Assembly: GCF_006345805.1 (NCBI RefSeq)
Contig: NC_043002.1
Coordinates: 66,402,001 to 66,466,000, forward strand
Source: Octopus sinensis
Lineage: Eukaryota
Direction of reading: 5' to 3'
DNA: 64,000 nucleotides
Both the position numbers and the translations under genes were made by a program. Every line of letters starts with the position of its first letter. The first letter of the stretch is position 1. The notes under the pieces are model-generated. The model was not told the origin of the DNA. It was given only the letters and a program-made list of their open reading frames with translations, and ran no database searches. Positions 27,973 to 41,161 of the stretch are shown piece by piece.

Positions 27973-30900
27973 CCTTATAAAACAGGAAAAAGGAAAGGAA
28001 CGTTTATGTTGCTCCATTCTACTCAGCTGTAAATGAGTAGCAGCCTATTACTTGTGTAGTCCTCTCTTCCACCAGCAATCACCAACTTATTGGTTCACTG
28101 GGTCAAGGACGATGTCTATGTCTGCATGTGACTACACAGGCACCTAAAACAATTGGTGAAAGCATGGTACATGCTACCAGGACATACTCACTTGCAAAGA
28201 GACAAGGACATGGTGTTGTTATTTCCTCAATCTCTGTAAAACCTAAGTTAATGAAACATAGATCAGTTAGTATATAGGATCAGCCATCATCCCCCTTACT
28301 ACTACTCTCTCCTCCCAGCTGAGAGGTTTTTGTCTTGCAAGTTACTCAGTGACTCTGTTGGCGCTGGTGCCACATGAAAAAGCACCCAGTCCACTCTGTA
28401 GAGAGGCTGGCATTAGGAAGGGTATCCAGCTGTAGAAACCATGCCAAAACAGACAATTGGTGGCTTACAAGCTCCTGTCAAACCGTCCAATTCATGCCAG
28501 CATGGATAACAGACATTGAATGATGACAATGAGAATTATGTAATACTATTTTATCTGAAACATGCATCAGATGATTAAGAATATATAATTCTCCATACTT
28601 GTGTGTTTTCTACTATATTCTGATAGATTATACTGACCTTTTGCAGTGTTTGACCTTTGGATTTACCAACTGGACAGGCAGCAGAATGTAATTTTACAGA
28701 CTACATGGATTACAATGATTTTCACTGGTCAATCTGGATAGCCAAGTTTGACTCCCACTGAGTGCTTAAAAAGGACAAGTATAGCTTAGTAGTGTACCAT
28801 GCTTTTGCTAACTGCTTCAGGTACCTATGTAGCCATAAGCAGACATACATACCTTCTTACTCTCCTCTCTCTTGGACCCTGAGGCACATCAAGGTTGTAA
28901 CAGCTAGAGACAGAGAGAGTTGCACCAATACTCAGCTGGTACTCGTTTTCAGCTGTGTAGACTGGAGCAATATGAAATGAAGTGCCTTGTTCAATGAAGG
29001 AAACAATGTGTCACCTAGTCAGAAATTGAACCTGTGACATTATGATCATGAGTCAAATGTGCTACCCACTAGAGTATGTACCTTCTAGTGTTGGACAAGT
29101 GCCTAGTAAACCAAAAAAAAATCTGAATTATTTCTACAAAGTTGAAAACACAACTTGAACTTTAGATAGTATTATTATTAAGTTATTAATATTCTTCATG
29201 TTGTTGTTGTTGTTATTATTTGCTTGAACTTTAGATAGTTATTATTAGCCTGCTTATCTTAGAAGATTATTCAGCACATTTAAATCCAATATACTAATTC
29301 ATATAGACATGAACACATACTCACGTCTACCTCACATACAATAACCACACACATACCTAGCTCATGTACATTAACAAGATTACTTAGACTGAAAACAAAA
29401 ATGAGAACAATGCAATGTATCAATCAATTACAATCATACAATGTATGGCAATATATCAATCAACCAAGCGTTTGCCACTCACTGCATTTCCCTCTAACCT
29501 TGTCTCTATCCATCTGCCACTCACCTCTCACACTCCCATGAACTTACTTAACTCACTCACTGTATCTTGAAGGTATGTCCTAATACATCTTAACCATCAT
29601 TATCTTTGTTTTCCAACAGAGGTAACCATGTGTCTTCCTTACAGCAAGACACTTGTTTCTATTCCTCTGTCATATTTCAAGCTCGCATCACCAAGCACAA
29701 AGCCATCTACCCTCAAAACTACTCCTAAATCTCAATTGAGAGGTCTTGTTTAGCTAGTTACTCAGTGACCTCACCAGTGCTGGTATCATGGAAAAAGCAC
29801 CCAGTAAACTCTGTAAAGTGGTTGGCTTGGGGAAAGACATCCAGCAGATGAAACCGTGCCAAAGCAGACACTGGAGTTTGATAGTCTTCTGATTCACCTG
29901 CTTTTGTTTGACAGGAGCTGGTAAATCAGACAGGATGTCCTTTCAAACTCCAACCATTTCAGAGTGAACTGCATGCTTTTTACATGGTACCAGTGAGATC
30001 ACAAAGTAACTCACACGACAAGATCGGGGCAGTATTGAAGGAGGTGGTTTTATGTCAGGTAATGATAGGTAGAAGTGTTTTTTAGAAGTATATCAGCATG
30101 GTTCTCAGAAAGAAAAAAAAAACATGTATTAGGTGTGGAGAGACTAGACATAACATGGATATGAAGAAGTGTGAATAATAAAATATAGAGAAAAATAAAC
30201 AAGTAGCTTCAAGTGGAAAAGAGCTAAGAAAACATGAATGTAGAAATAGCAGGTAATTAAGTGAATGTATTCCAAATCCAGTTTGAAACACAAGTGATAC
30301 ATATTTACAGATATAAGAGCACACAGTTGCATTGAAGTGTGTATCTTGGACACGTTTAAGCATTAACAACTGATCAATATGAAATTAACAATATAGAAAT
30401 CAATACATTTTCTAAGATTCTAATTGAAAAACTTCATCATTTCATGAGGATCAAAGTTTCAGAAACCAAGTGGTTAGCTTGGTTTTATATAAATAGAATT
30501 ATGAAAAACTCCTGTTACAATAACTTCCTAGAAGTTCTGGTACCTATTTCTATCAGGATCCATAAGGCTATTTCTCTTCTCATCCCAAACAGATATTACA
30601 TAGATAAGTACCTTGTCCTCTTATTTCTTTTAACTGTTTCGGTCACTAGACTGCAACCCTGATGGGGCCAATGAGTGAATGGCTTTGGTTGAACAAATTA
30701 GCCCCCATTAAGTCAGATACTTATTGTATTGATCTCTTTTTCTGAACTTCTAAGTTACAGGGACATAATTAAACACACACTGGTTGTCAAGCGGTAGAGT
30801 AAGAAACACAGTCATAAAGTCAAGACATGTATGCTACAGACTTCCACATTTCCTATCTATCAAATTCACTCACAAGGCATTGGTCAACTCAATCTATAGT

Positions 30901-31002
30901 AGAAAATGCTTGTCCAAGGAGCTGCGCAATAGGACTGAACCTGAAAGTATGTGGTTGCAAAGTGAGCTTCTTAACCGCACAACCATGCCTGCAACTCTCT
31001 TT

Positions 31003-31568
31003 AATGTCTCAGTCATTAGATTGTGGCCATGTTGAGGCACAACCTTGAAGAATTTTGCCGAATGAATTGGTCCTAGTGCTTGTTTTTTAAAAAAAAAAAA
31101 TTTTACTTCTTAAAGCCTGGTAACTTATTCTATTGTTCACTTTTTGCTGAAGTGCTAAGTTAGGGAATGTAAACACACCAGCCATCAAGCATTGGTGGGG
31201 GACAATCACAGACACAAAAAACACACACATATATATGAGTTATATATATACATATACATATATATATATATATAAAACAGGCTTCTTCAATTTCTGTCTA
31301 TTAAGTGCAGTGGTATTTCGTTTGCCGATACGTTCTGAGTTCAAATTCTGTTGAGGTTGACTTTGCCTTTCATCCTTTTGGGATCGATAAATTAAGTACC
31401 AGTTATGCATTGGGGTCGATGTTATCACCTTAATCCCTTTGTCTGTCCTTGTTTGTCCCCTCTATGTTGAGCCCCTTGTGGGCAATAAAGAAATAAGAAA
31501 GATACCATGCAGTGGGACTGAACTAGCAACCATGTGGTTAGGAAGTAAATTTCTTACTACACAGCCAC
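31003..31568 (-). mobile_element. Family A SINE carrying a 5'-truncated family B SINE (about 31304-31500, plus strand)
   Basis: Family A blocks lie on both sides. The family B block gagttcaaattc..ctttgcctttcatcc..gggcaataaagaaataag lies between them. Confidence 0.7.
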
Positions 31569-34007
31569 ATCAACGCAAATAGTTTGACTATTAATTCCTA
31601 AGACAAAAGAATGTCTGCATAAAATTATGTGCTGAACAACTTGCCATACGGTCACGAATTCAAACCTAATTGTAGTGTTTTTAAGTCTCAGATCAAAGCT
31701 TATACTTCAACAAGCAAACAGATGAGCAGTTTCCACACATGAGCGATTAACAGTAAAAAGTGCATCCAGATGTAAGTACATTTGCACACGAAATGTATAA
31801 ATGTCCGAACTGGAGAGAGAGACAACTAACACATGTAAACTTATGGAAAAAATAGATGAATATTTTCAAGGTTTATAAGGAACACTCCCAACCCATACAT
31901 CAAGCCAACTAACTTTTCACCCTGGGTTATGGAAATAGTCTGTGCTTCTAGACAGTTTAAAAATTCACTTATGTCTTTCACTAAAACTGCAACACATATC
32001 AACAACCTCTTAGCTTTACTAAGTGAAGGGAACTCCCACAACTTTATTGTTAAGGGGTTTTACAGTATACAAACAGAATGTAGCCCTATTACACAATGAA
32101 CTATATTTACAACCTTTGCTGGTGATCAGACAGTTGTCTGTCTGTCTGTCTCTCTCTCTTTCTCTGCACTTGTAATGCTTTTAACAATGAAATTACCACT
32201 TAAATTGTATTGTACCCATCAAATGGCTTCCTCATTCTTTTTCTCAACAGCTATCACGGTTGAATAGAGCAATTATCTCTGTATTCATCCTCAACAATTA
32301 ACTGACGTAAAATCCTAGTCGGCTTTTCTGAAGCCAAACAACCATCAACTCCATTTTTTTCTTTTGCAACTTGGCATTAAAAAAAGGATGGAGAGGGAGG
32401 GGGAGAAGGAAGGAAGGAGGGTTTTTTTTTTTTTTCAACCTATTTTGTGAGAGTACACTGGGTCTTCAGAAAGTGCTCATCATCAGAATCTGTTGCAAGA
32501 AATTAATACTTGTAAACCACATTCATTCTGAGAATATATGAACACACACACACAAATTATGGCTTGCATTAGAAACACTGTAGCCTGAAGGCTGCAGCCA
32601 ATGAAAGGTAAATAGACACATCCCATTTGAAACATTGAAGAATAATATAATAATTTAAAGTATGCCTTTAAAGAATTTATTTGCATATAGTCAACTTCAC
32701 AGGAAACATACAAACCCTGCGCACTTGCCATGCAATAAGCCTTGTGAATGTATTTGGAACATAGAAACTGAATGAAGTCTCCATGTGGGTTATGTGTATG
32801 TGTTGTGTGTGTGGGCTAACATATAAGTTCTACAAAAGTTACTTATTATAGGCAGTGCTGTTGTCATCACTTCACCTGTCAACAAATCACCCACCCACTT
32901 AGCATTTTCAAAGATGCGTGAAATAAGAGATCCTTTACTCAAAAAAAAAAAAGAACAGGTAAGGGTTAGCAACAGGAAGGGCATCCAGCAGTAAAACAAT
33001 GAATACCTCAATGATATATTCCTTTAATACAATCTCACATGGAAAATTGGACGTAAAATAAACTAATGAATGAACATTAATAATGATTTTATGTTTTATT
33101 AAATAAAGAAAAAAAAAGATTAAAGCATCGCGGAAATGTGGATAAGTTTTTGTCATTTTGCTCTGAAAAATTTTCTTTTAAGCTTTTCCTATTAACTACA
33201 ATGTAAGCAGATTACAAAATTATATTCCATAATCTGTTAGAAATCAATTATTGACATAATTTAAAGGTGAACCACATCCAAGCATTGCCATACACGCTGT
33301 TAATGATATTTCAGAATTTCACTGAAGATTTAGATTAATATCTAAATATCTAAAATTTAATAAAGTCGTCAGTTCTAATGTGCATGCAAAACATTCTTAT
33401 TATGCACATATGCAGATTGAGAGAGGAATACTTTGATTACAGCCAGTAATGTGCACTGCAAAAAAAAACAGCACAGTATTTGAATAACGATTGATGCTTT
33501 CATTTTTAATTTTCAGAAGGAAGCGGGGGAGGGGGATGTCTAAAAATACATATAAAGGAAATAAATGAATTTGATGCAGTTTTATGTCTACGGACTAGCT
33601 TCAATGTTGGCATAAAATGTTTTCGATTTTTCTTCCTTTCTTTCTCTTCTGTGTGCCTGGCCTTGTAACATTTGAATAATCATCATCATCTTCGTTTTGG
33701 TATGAACCATTCCATGCTTGCATGGCTCAGATGAAATCTGTTGAGACAGATTTACTACAGGGGAATGCTCTTCCTGTTGCCAATCCTCACCCGTTTCCAA
33801 ATAAGTTAATACTTTCCCATGATGAGATATGTTTTCACCCAAGATTGGAAATGAAAGAAACCGCTTGTATGACAGTGACACTTGTTTACAACTATCATGC
33901 AATGCCAAGACAAGTAGGAACACTACAAATATTTTACAAATTGTATCTTCAAAATTATCTCCCCTGCTTTTTGTTGCATAAATCTGTCACTTGTTATACA
34001 TGCACAT

Positions 34008-34046
<39 letters not shown>

Positions 34047-34775
34047 ATGTGTGTGTGTGTGAATGTGGTTGTGCATGTGACTCATCAATTGACAACTTTA
34101 TCATTTAGCGTCCGTTTTCCATGCTAGCATGGGTTGTCCTGTAAATTAGTAGTGTGGCAAAAAAAGAAATACTGAATAAATGCCATGCTGGGATTAATTT
34201 TATCATTGAAACCCCTGAAGGGAGTGCCCCAGTATGGCCACAGTCCAATGACCGAAGTAAAATAATAAAAGAAAACTTTCACACACACAATCATGCATTT
34301 AAATTGTTTCATGTGCAATACATACACGCACATATAAATGTAAATATACATACATACACACATATGTAAATACATACATATATCATCATCATCATCATTG
34401 TTCAACGTCCATTTTCCATGCTAGCATGGGTTGGACGGTTCGACCGGGGTCTAAATGTAAATATCCTTCAGTCCAGTGACATGTTAGTTACGCCAACCCA
34501 ACGATGACCACCACCTACAACTCACCAAATCAGATCCTTATATATATATATATATATACAAAAAGGTGGCAAGTCAAAACTGGAATATTTACGACCTGCC
34601 TCATAAGAGCTGATTTGGGTGGGGCTTAAACAACAACATTGCAAAAGTTATGAATAACCTCTTATACAGACTAAAATAGAAAAAACAAAACAAAAAAACA
34701 AACAATCCGATAATTCTATACCAAATGACCAGAACGTTTAGCAGCTAGATGCTAGATAATTTAGCTTGATCTATT

Positions 34776-34813
<38 letters not shown>

Positions 34814-35454
34814 AAGGAGATTATTGATATATAAAGGCTAAGAAGAGATTGCGACACTATGTATTGGCTATTGCATGCTGATACTAAAGCCATATTTTCT
34901 AACAACAATCTCTGGTTGACGTAAGCACAATAGAGTGTATAGTATTTAGTAAAAAGAACAGTTCTTGAATGGAATTATTTACTCTACAATAATGTGTATT
35001 TCAATTACTTTTCTTCTGCAAATTGTGACTGATACATAATCTGAATCAATTATATCCACTTATTTCAATGATTCCAGGAAATGGAAGATAAAGTTCACCC
35101 CAATAGAATTTGTAGTAGTCACAAATTAAATATAACTATATTTCATAAAATATCTGGTACTTTTGTTACTGTGTTTTGTTTAAAATACACAGAATTTGTT
35201 TCAATAAATTTTGAAAATAATAGCAAAATAACTTTGTCATGACTATGCTGGCATATGGATCATAAATAAGCATGAAATTTTGTTGAAAAAGTTTTAAGAT
35301 AACTTAAAGGCAAAGAGTGTGTATTATAGAACGAGGAGCTGTTTCAGGCAGGTTGGTATAAAAAGGGTTAGCAGAATACTTTGAAATAGTAAGACACTCT
35401 TAATAAAAGTAACAGTTGCAAATATTGTTCTTATGACTTATAATTCTATTTTTT

Positions 35455-35646
35455 TTTTCTTGTTTCAGTCATTTGACTACGGCCATGCTGGAGCACCACC
35501 TTTTTAGTCGAACAAATCGATCCTGGAACTTACTCTTCATAAGCCTAGTACTTATTCTATCAGTCTCTTTTTTGCCGAACCGCTAAGTCATGGGGATGTA
35601 AACACACCCTCGGTTGTCAAGTAATATTAGGGATACAAACACACAC
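35455..35646 (-). mobile_element. Family A SINE, 3' part
   Basis: Contains tgtttcagtcatttgactacggccatgctggagcacc..gccgaaccgctaagt. Confidence 0.8.
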
Positions 35647-36531
35647 TTATGTTGTTACGCAAGCATAAAACAACACTGTCTATATTAATAGCAAGGCTAT
35701 TGCTTCCTTTGCAGTTGGCAAAAATGTAAAGACAAGGAGAAATACAAACTCACAGCACAAACACATTCACTCACATGTGCGTATATATGTGTGTATGTAT
35801 GTTTCCTTGTCTTGACATAACATGGTAGTTGCAAAGGAGCACCACTCTCATAGATATAGTAGTACTCATTTCTAATCCTCCATAAAACCTCCACTTGGAA
35901 ACAAGTGAGGGTTGGCATCCAGCTACAGAAAATCCATCCCAATGAATCCTGCCTGACCCATGAAAGCATGGAAAGGTGGATGTTAAAATGGTGATGATAA
36001 TGATGCTGATGATAATCTAATATGAGCTGATAACAGTAGCAATTGAACCTTTGAAAAAAAAAAAATTATCTTCCAGATTTTTAATTCTAAAACAATGAAA
36101 ATTTTATCCTGAGCATATCATGAAGTAGTACTTAATATAACTTAAAACAGACTGTAAACAATACGAGCCAGCCAGAGAAATAGAGAGATATTAAATCAGG
36201 TTGTGAGGTTGTTATTTTACTACAAACTCCTATGTCAGCCATTGAAGCTGAAGTGAAATAAGTGTCAGAGAAGATTGTGACACAAGATAAAAGATTAACC
36301 TCAATGAAAAGAAAAATAGATTAAGAGCAAAAACAAACAAACAAAAAAAAAATCTCTAAGTTCACAATATGATAGTGTTTAAATGATCAGAGTATAATAG
36401 TTGGATTAAGTAAAATGTTTGATTTAGTAGCTTCAGCAACAGAAAGAAAGGAATCCAACAAAAAATGACAAAAGCTACAATTAAATAATGAAATGTAAAA
36501 CAGTAAATTCATGTCACTTGACACTTTGGGT

Positions 36532-36640
36532 CAACGGTTCTCAAATGTGACTCCTAGGGCCACATGTAGCCCTTGATGATCTTTCATCTATAAATATAAT
36601 AAATTTTTCTTTAACTGACTTTTGTTTTAAGGTTTCTTTG

Positions 36641-36675
<35 letters not shown>

Positions 36676-36734
36676 CGAACCCAAAATCCAGGTTTGGGAT
36701 CTGGCCTGGATATTAAAATGTCTGAGAACTTCTG
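36532..36734. mobile_element. Old hAT/Charlie-like MITE
   Basis: Degenerate CAGTGGTTCTCAAA-like TIRs (caacggttctcaaa / tctgagaacttctg). Imperfect 8-bp TSD ctttgggt / ctctaggt. Confidence 0.5.
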
Positions 36735-37069
36735 CTCTAGGTACACCATGTATTCAACTGCTTTATTTTCCAACTGGCCAGATCCAGCCTTTCACACCTA
36801 CCCTACAATGTCATTCTAAAAGTAAACAATCACGTCTTTGAAATCTCAAAGCCGCAAGACAATGCACAATTAATTCAAAACAATGTGAATAAATAAGCAT
36901 TACATTTGACAACATATTCCCAAACACTAAAGGGTTCAGTACTAAAAAGTTAAAGACGTTGTAATCAAGCAAATGCGTAAGGTGGAAAGTATGGAATTTG
37001 AACTCATCAAAAGTTGGATGCAAAACTAATTATAATAAAGCTTCCACAGGCTTTTATTCTTTTTCTTTT

Positions 37070-37831
37070 CTTTTACTTGCTTGAGTTATTTGATTGCGAC
37101 CATTCTGGAGCATCGCTTTTAGTTGAACAAATCGACCCCAGGACTTATTCGTTGTAAGCCTAATACTTATTTTATTGGTCTCTTTAGCCGAACCGCTAAG
37201 TTACGGGGATGTAAACACACCGACATCGGTTGTCAAGCGATGGTGGAGCACAAACACATGTATGTGTGGAGGCACAATGGCCCAGTGGTTAGGACAGCAG
37301 ACTCATGGTCGTAGGATTGTGGTTTTGATTCCTAGTCCGGGCATTGTGAGTGTTTATTGAGTGAAAACACCTAAAGCTTCACCAGGCTCCAGCAGAGGGT
37401 AGTGCGAACCCTGCTGTACTCTTTCACCACAACTTTCTCTCACTCTTTCTTCCTATTTCTGTTGTACCTGTATTTCAAAGTGCCAGCCTTGTCACACTCT
37501 GTATCATGCTGAATCTCCCTGAGAACTACATTAAGGGTATATGTGTCTGTGGAGCGCTCAGCCACTTGCACGTTAATTTTACAAGCAGGATGTTATGTTG
37601 ATTGGATCAACTGGAACCGTCAACGTTGTAAATGATGGAGTACCACGATATATATATATATATATAAAACGGGCTTCTTTCAGTTTCTGTCTACCAAATC
37701 CACTCACAAGGCTTTGGTCAGCCCAAGGCTATAGTAGAAGACACATGCCCAAGGTGTCCCGCATTGGGACTGAACCCAGAACCATGTGGTAGGGAAGCAA
37801 GCTTCTTACCACACAGCCACTCTTGCGCCTA
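37070..37831 (-). mobile_element. Family A SINE with a nested family C SINE
   Basis: Family A sequence is continuous on both sides of the 37266-37644 insert, which sits in its internal microsatellite. Confidence 0.8.
37266..37644 (+). mobile_element. tRNA-derived SINE family C; reverse copies at 40790-41161 and about 26339-26600 (fragment)
   Basis: tRNA-like head gtggaggcacaatggcccagtggttagg..gattcc with A-box- and B-box-like motifs. The body matches the 40790-41161 copy. Confidence 0.85.
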
Positions 37832-38038
37832 TCCATTATTTTAACTTTTAACTCTTTTGTTATATTTCTGTTAAAATACACAACCAATAACAAAGAATTT
37901 TGTAAAATAACACTGCTATTATTAAAGTGGTTTGGGAGATATAAATCAACATGAAATTTTGAAGGAAGGTTTTAATTTAGATCCCTTTAAAGTATGAAGT
38001 TTGTATCACAGAAACAAGGGGAAGTATTGGACAGATAG

Positions 38039-38201
38039 ACCGTATTTTAATATGCATAAGGAACCTTTTTTTGCTATAAATTAGATAAAAAAATATGGGA
38101 GTTTCTTATACATGGATAGTTATAATCCCTTACAAGACTGTTTTTTTCCCAAATTTTAAGCCCCCAAATTAGGGAGTTCCTTATACACGTTAAAATACGG
38201 T
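38039..38201. mobile_element. Small MITE with about 26-bp TIRs (Tc1/mariner-like)
   Basis: Ends accgtattttaatatgcataaggaac ... gttccttatacacgttaaaatacggt. The mismatches between them are CpG-type transitions. Confidence 0.65.
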
Positions 38202-39387
38202 ATATATCACAAAAGTAAAAAAAATTCTCAATGGTTTCTTTTGACTAAGGTACGAGTGCAGCTTTGTAACAAGAACAGAAATAGAATTTGACTAATATTT
38301 TTAATTCTTCTCTAAATGGACTTGAAATCCAGTTGATTGTTGATGGAAGTGAATGAAAAGAGGGCACAATATAAAACTTTAATAAAGCAAAGCATGGACG
38401 TGGTCAACCATTGTCTTGTGTTCCATCTCGCAATAAAACTTATAGTCATTGCGAAAAGCTTAACGTGGTAGGTATGTCCTCATTGCAGAGAATGACTGAA
38501 AGCAAGCAGATATGACAAGGCAGTATTTTTCTTATTATTTTTTTTTCCTCTCTGGTTTGTAAACAAAATAGTGACAAGAGATTTTTGATACTCTCTGAAA
38601 ATGGGTCAGACAAGTATCCAAGCATATGCGCACGCTGATAATGAAATGTATGAATTTAAAAACAAGCTAGGTTAATTACATACAACTATGTATGTATTAA
38701 ACAAATTAACGATTTTTGTATGGAAATAAAATAAAAGAATGATAGAAAATATTTACTAAGATGTAAGAAGCTATTATATGAATAACTATAATCAATACAC
38801 ACACACAAAGTTTACCAAACCATAAGAACCTTACTACAAAAAGGAGTCTTTTTAAGCAAGAGAAAACATGCCAGAAGTGGCCACCAGTAGAATGTTGAAT
38901 AAGTATCTTCCATCTTTTATTGGATTTAATCATTAGACTGCAGCCATGCTGGAGGTGTGCCTTGAAGAATTTTAATAGAATGGATTGAGTCCAGTATTTA
39001 TATTTCTAAGCCTGGTTCTCATTCTATTGAGCTCCTCTGCTGAACCACCAAGTCACAGGGATATAAACACCTCAACACCGGTTGTCAAGCGATGGCAGGG
39101 GACAAACGCAGACATACGTGTGCGGTAGATACCAGTGTCACACAAATCAGCACCCGTACTGGTGGCACGTAAACGCACCCAGGTGTGTCACGCAAATGGC
39201 ACCCATGCCAGTGGCATGTAAATGCTCCCATTACACTCTTGAAGTGGTTGACGTTAGGAAGGGCATCCAGCTGTAGAAAACCATGCCAAATCAGACTGGA
39301 GACTGGCGCAGCCTTCCAGCGTGGCAGCCCAGTCAAACCGTCCAACCCATACCAGCATGGACAACAGACGTTAAATGATGATGATGA

Positions 39388-39421
<34 letters not shown>

Positions 39422-40789
39422 GGATGGACTTCTTACAGTTTCCATCTACCAGACCTACACAGAAAGTTTTGGTCAGCCCAAGTCTATAGTGGAGGATTAT
39501 TATATGCGCAAGGTGCCATGCAATGTAGTTGAGAAGCAAGCTTCTTACTGCAGAGCCATGCCTGTGCCTATGTTTAAAACATTTTATAAACAGGTTCAGG
39601 CATAGTTGCATGGTTAAGAAGTTCACTTCCCAATCACATGGCTCCAGGTGCAATCCCATGGTGTGACACCCAAGGCAAGTGTCTTCTACTATAGATCGAG
39701 GTCAACCAAAACTTTGTGAGTAGATCTGGTATAGATGGAAACTGGAAAAAAAGTCCATTGTGTATGTGTGAGTGTGCATATGTATGAATATTTATGCCTC
39801 AGCCTTGATATCGGGTTAGTTATTAATGACCTTCACTCTCATGCAAGAAGTGTCCCTCATTTTGAGTCATCTGTGAAAAGCGTGTCCTGCCATCGGGAAA
39901 TATGGGAAATATTATATTGCTAGGAAACAGTTGTAGTATGATGACACGAAGGGCACCTAGCCATAGAAAAGCTGCTTCAATGAATTCTGTCTGATTCATG
40001 TAAGTAAGATAAAAGGGCCATTAAATGGATGATGATGATGATGATTTGAATAAACTGAAATAGGTACTGGGTTCGTTCTTTGGTTCTTTTGTATTTATTA
40101 TTTTCAAGTTACATAAGCATCATCACAAACACACACTCACACAATTTACAAGTGTACTTGGTAGCAAGAGTTATGTAAAGCTACAAAATTAAGGATTAAG
40201 AGATCAATAGGTCTGAGGATTTACTTGGTCAGAGCAGGTACATTGTGATATACCTCAATAAATAAATGCTGACAAGGAAAACAAAATCAGTTATGTTTTA
40301 TCACCGAAATATATGACTAAGTGCTGTCTGTAGTCATAAAACATTTATAAAGTACTGCTGCTTACAATGTGTTCTATGGCATTGAAAGAATGAAAGATAA
40401 ATAATCAAGATAAGATACCAGGGTTTTGAAGGTGATATTACTGGACTTGGTACCTATTTCTAACAGTCAGCAGAAAGTAGATTATGTGGCTGGTATCAGA
40501 AACACAAACAGAACAACTGCAGTGAATTTAAAATTGGGAACTATGAGAGTTGTTCGTCCAGATAGTTTCAGATATTTCAACTCTATATTTGGCTTTGGTT
40601 AGAGAATAATTCAGTTAGTTGAAAGTCTCATAACATAATTGGATAATTAACTAAATATTTTGAGATAAACAAGATACTACTAAACTAATCAACAAAATAC
40701 TTTGGATTAAAATAAGGTAACAAGATAGGCAGATACCAAAAGTTTCACTAACTAGAAAACAGGTATGACATCCAATATTTGGTAAACAA

Positions 40790-41161
40790 AAAGACTCATG
40801 GCACAAGGGTTCCAGTTGATCCAATCGATGGAACAGCCTGCTTGTGAAATTAACGTGCAAGTGGCTGAGCACTCCACAGACATGTGTACCCTTAACGTAG
40901 TTCTTGGGGATATTTAGCGTAACACTGAGTGTGACAAGTCTGGCCCTTTGAAATACAGGTACAACAGAAACAAAAAGAAAGAGTGAGAGAAAGTTGTGGT
41001 GAAAGAATACAGCAGGGTTCGCCACCACCCCCTGCTGGAGCCTCGTGGAGCTTTAGGTGTTCTTCCTCAATAAACACTCACAACGCCCGGTCCAGGAATC
41101 AAAACTGCAATCCCACAACCACGAGTCTGCTGCCCTAACCACTGGGCCATTGCACCTCCAC
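40790..41161 (-). mobile_element. Family C SINE
   Basis: Reverse complement of 37266-37644. Confidence 0.85.

Noticed and set aside
33722-34108. ORFs overlapping SINE bodies (e.g. 903, 9203, 23854, 39185, 40651, 56053, 62012)
   Set aside because: They are open frames within non-coding SINE families.
37266-37340. tRNA-like sequences at SINE 5' ends
   Set aside because: They continue directly into SINE bodies and I could not fold a full cloverleaf, so they are not tRNA genes.
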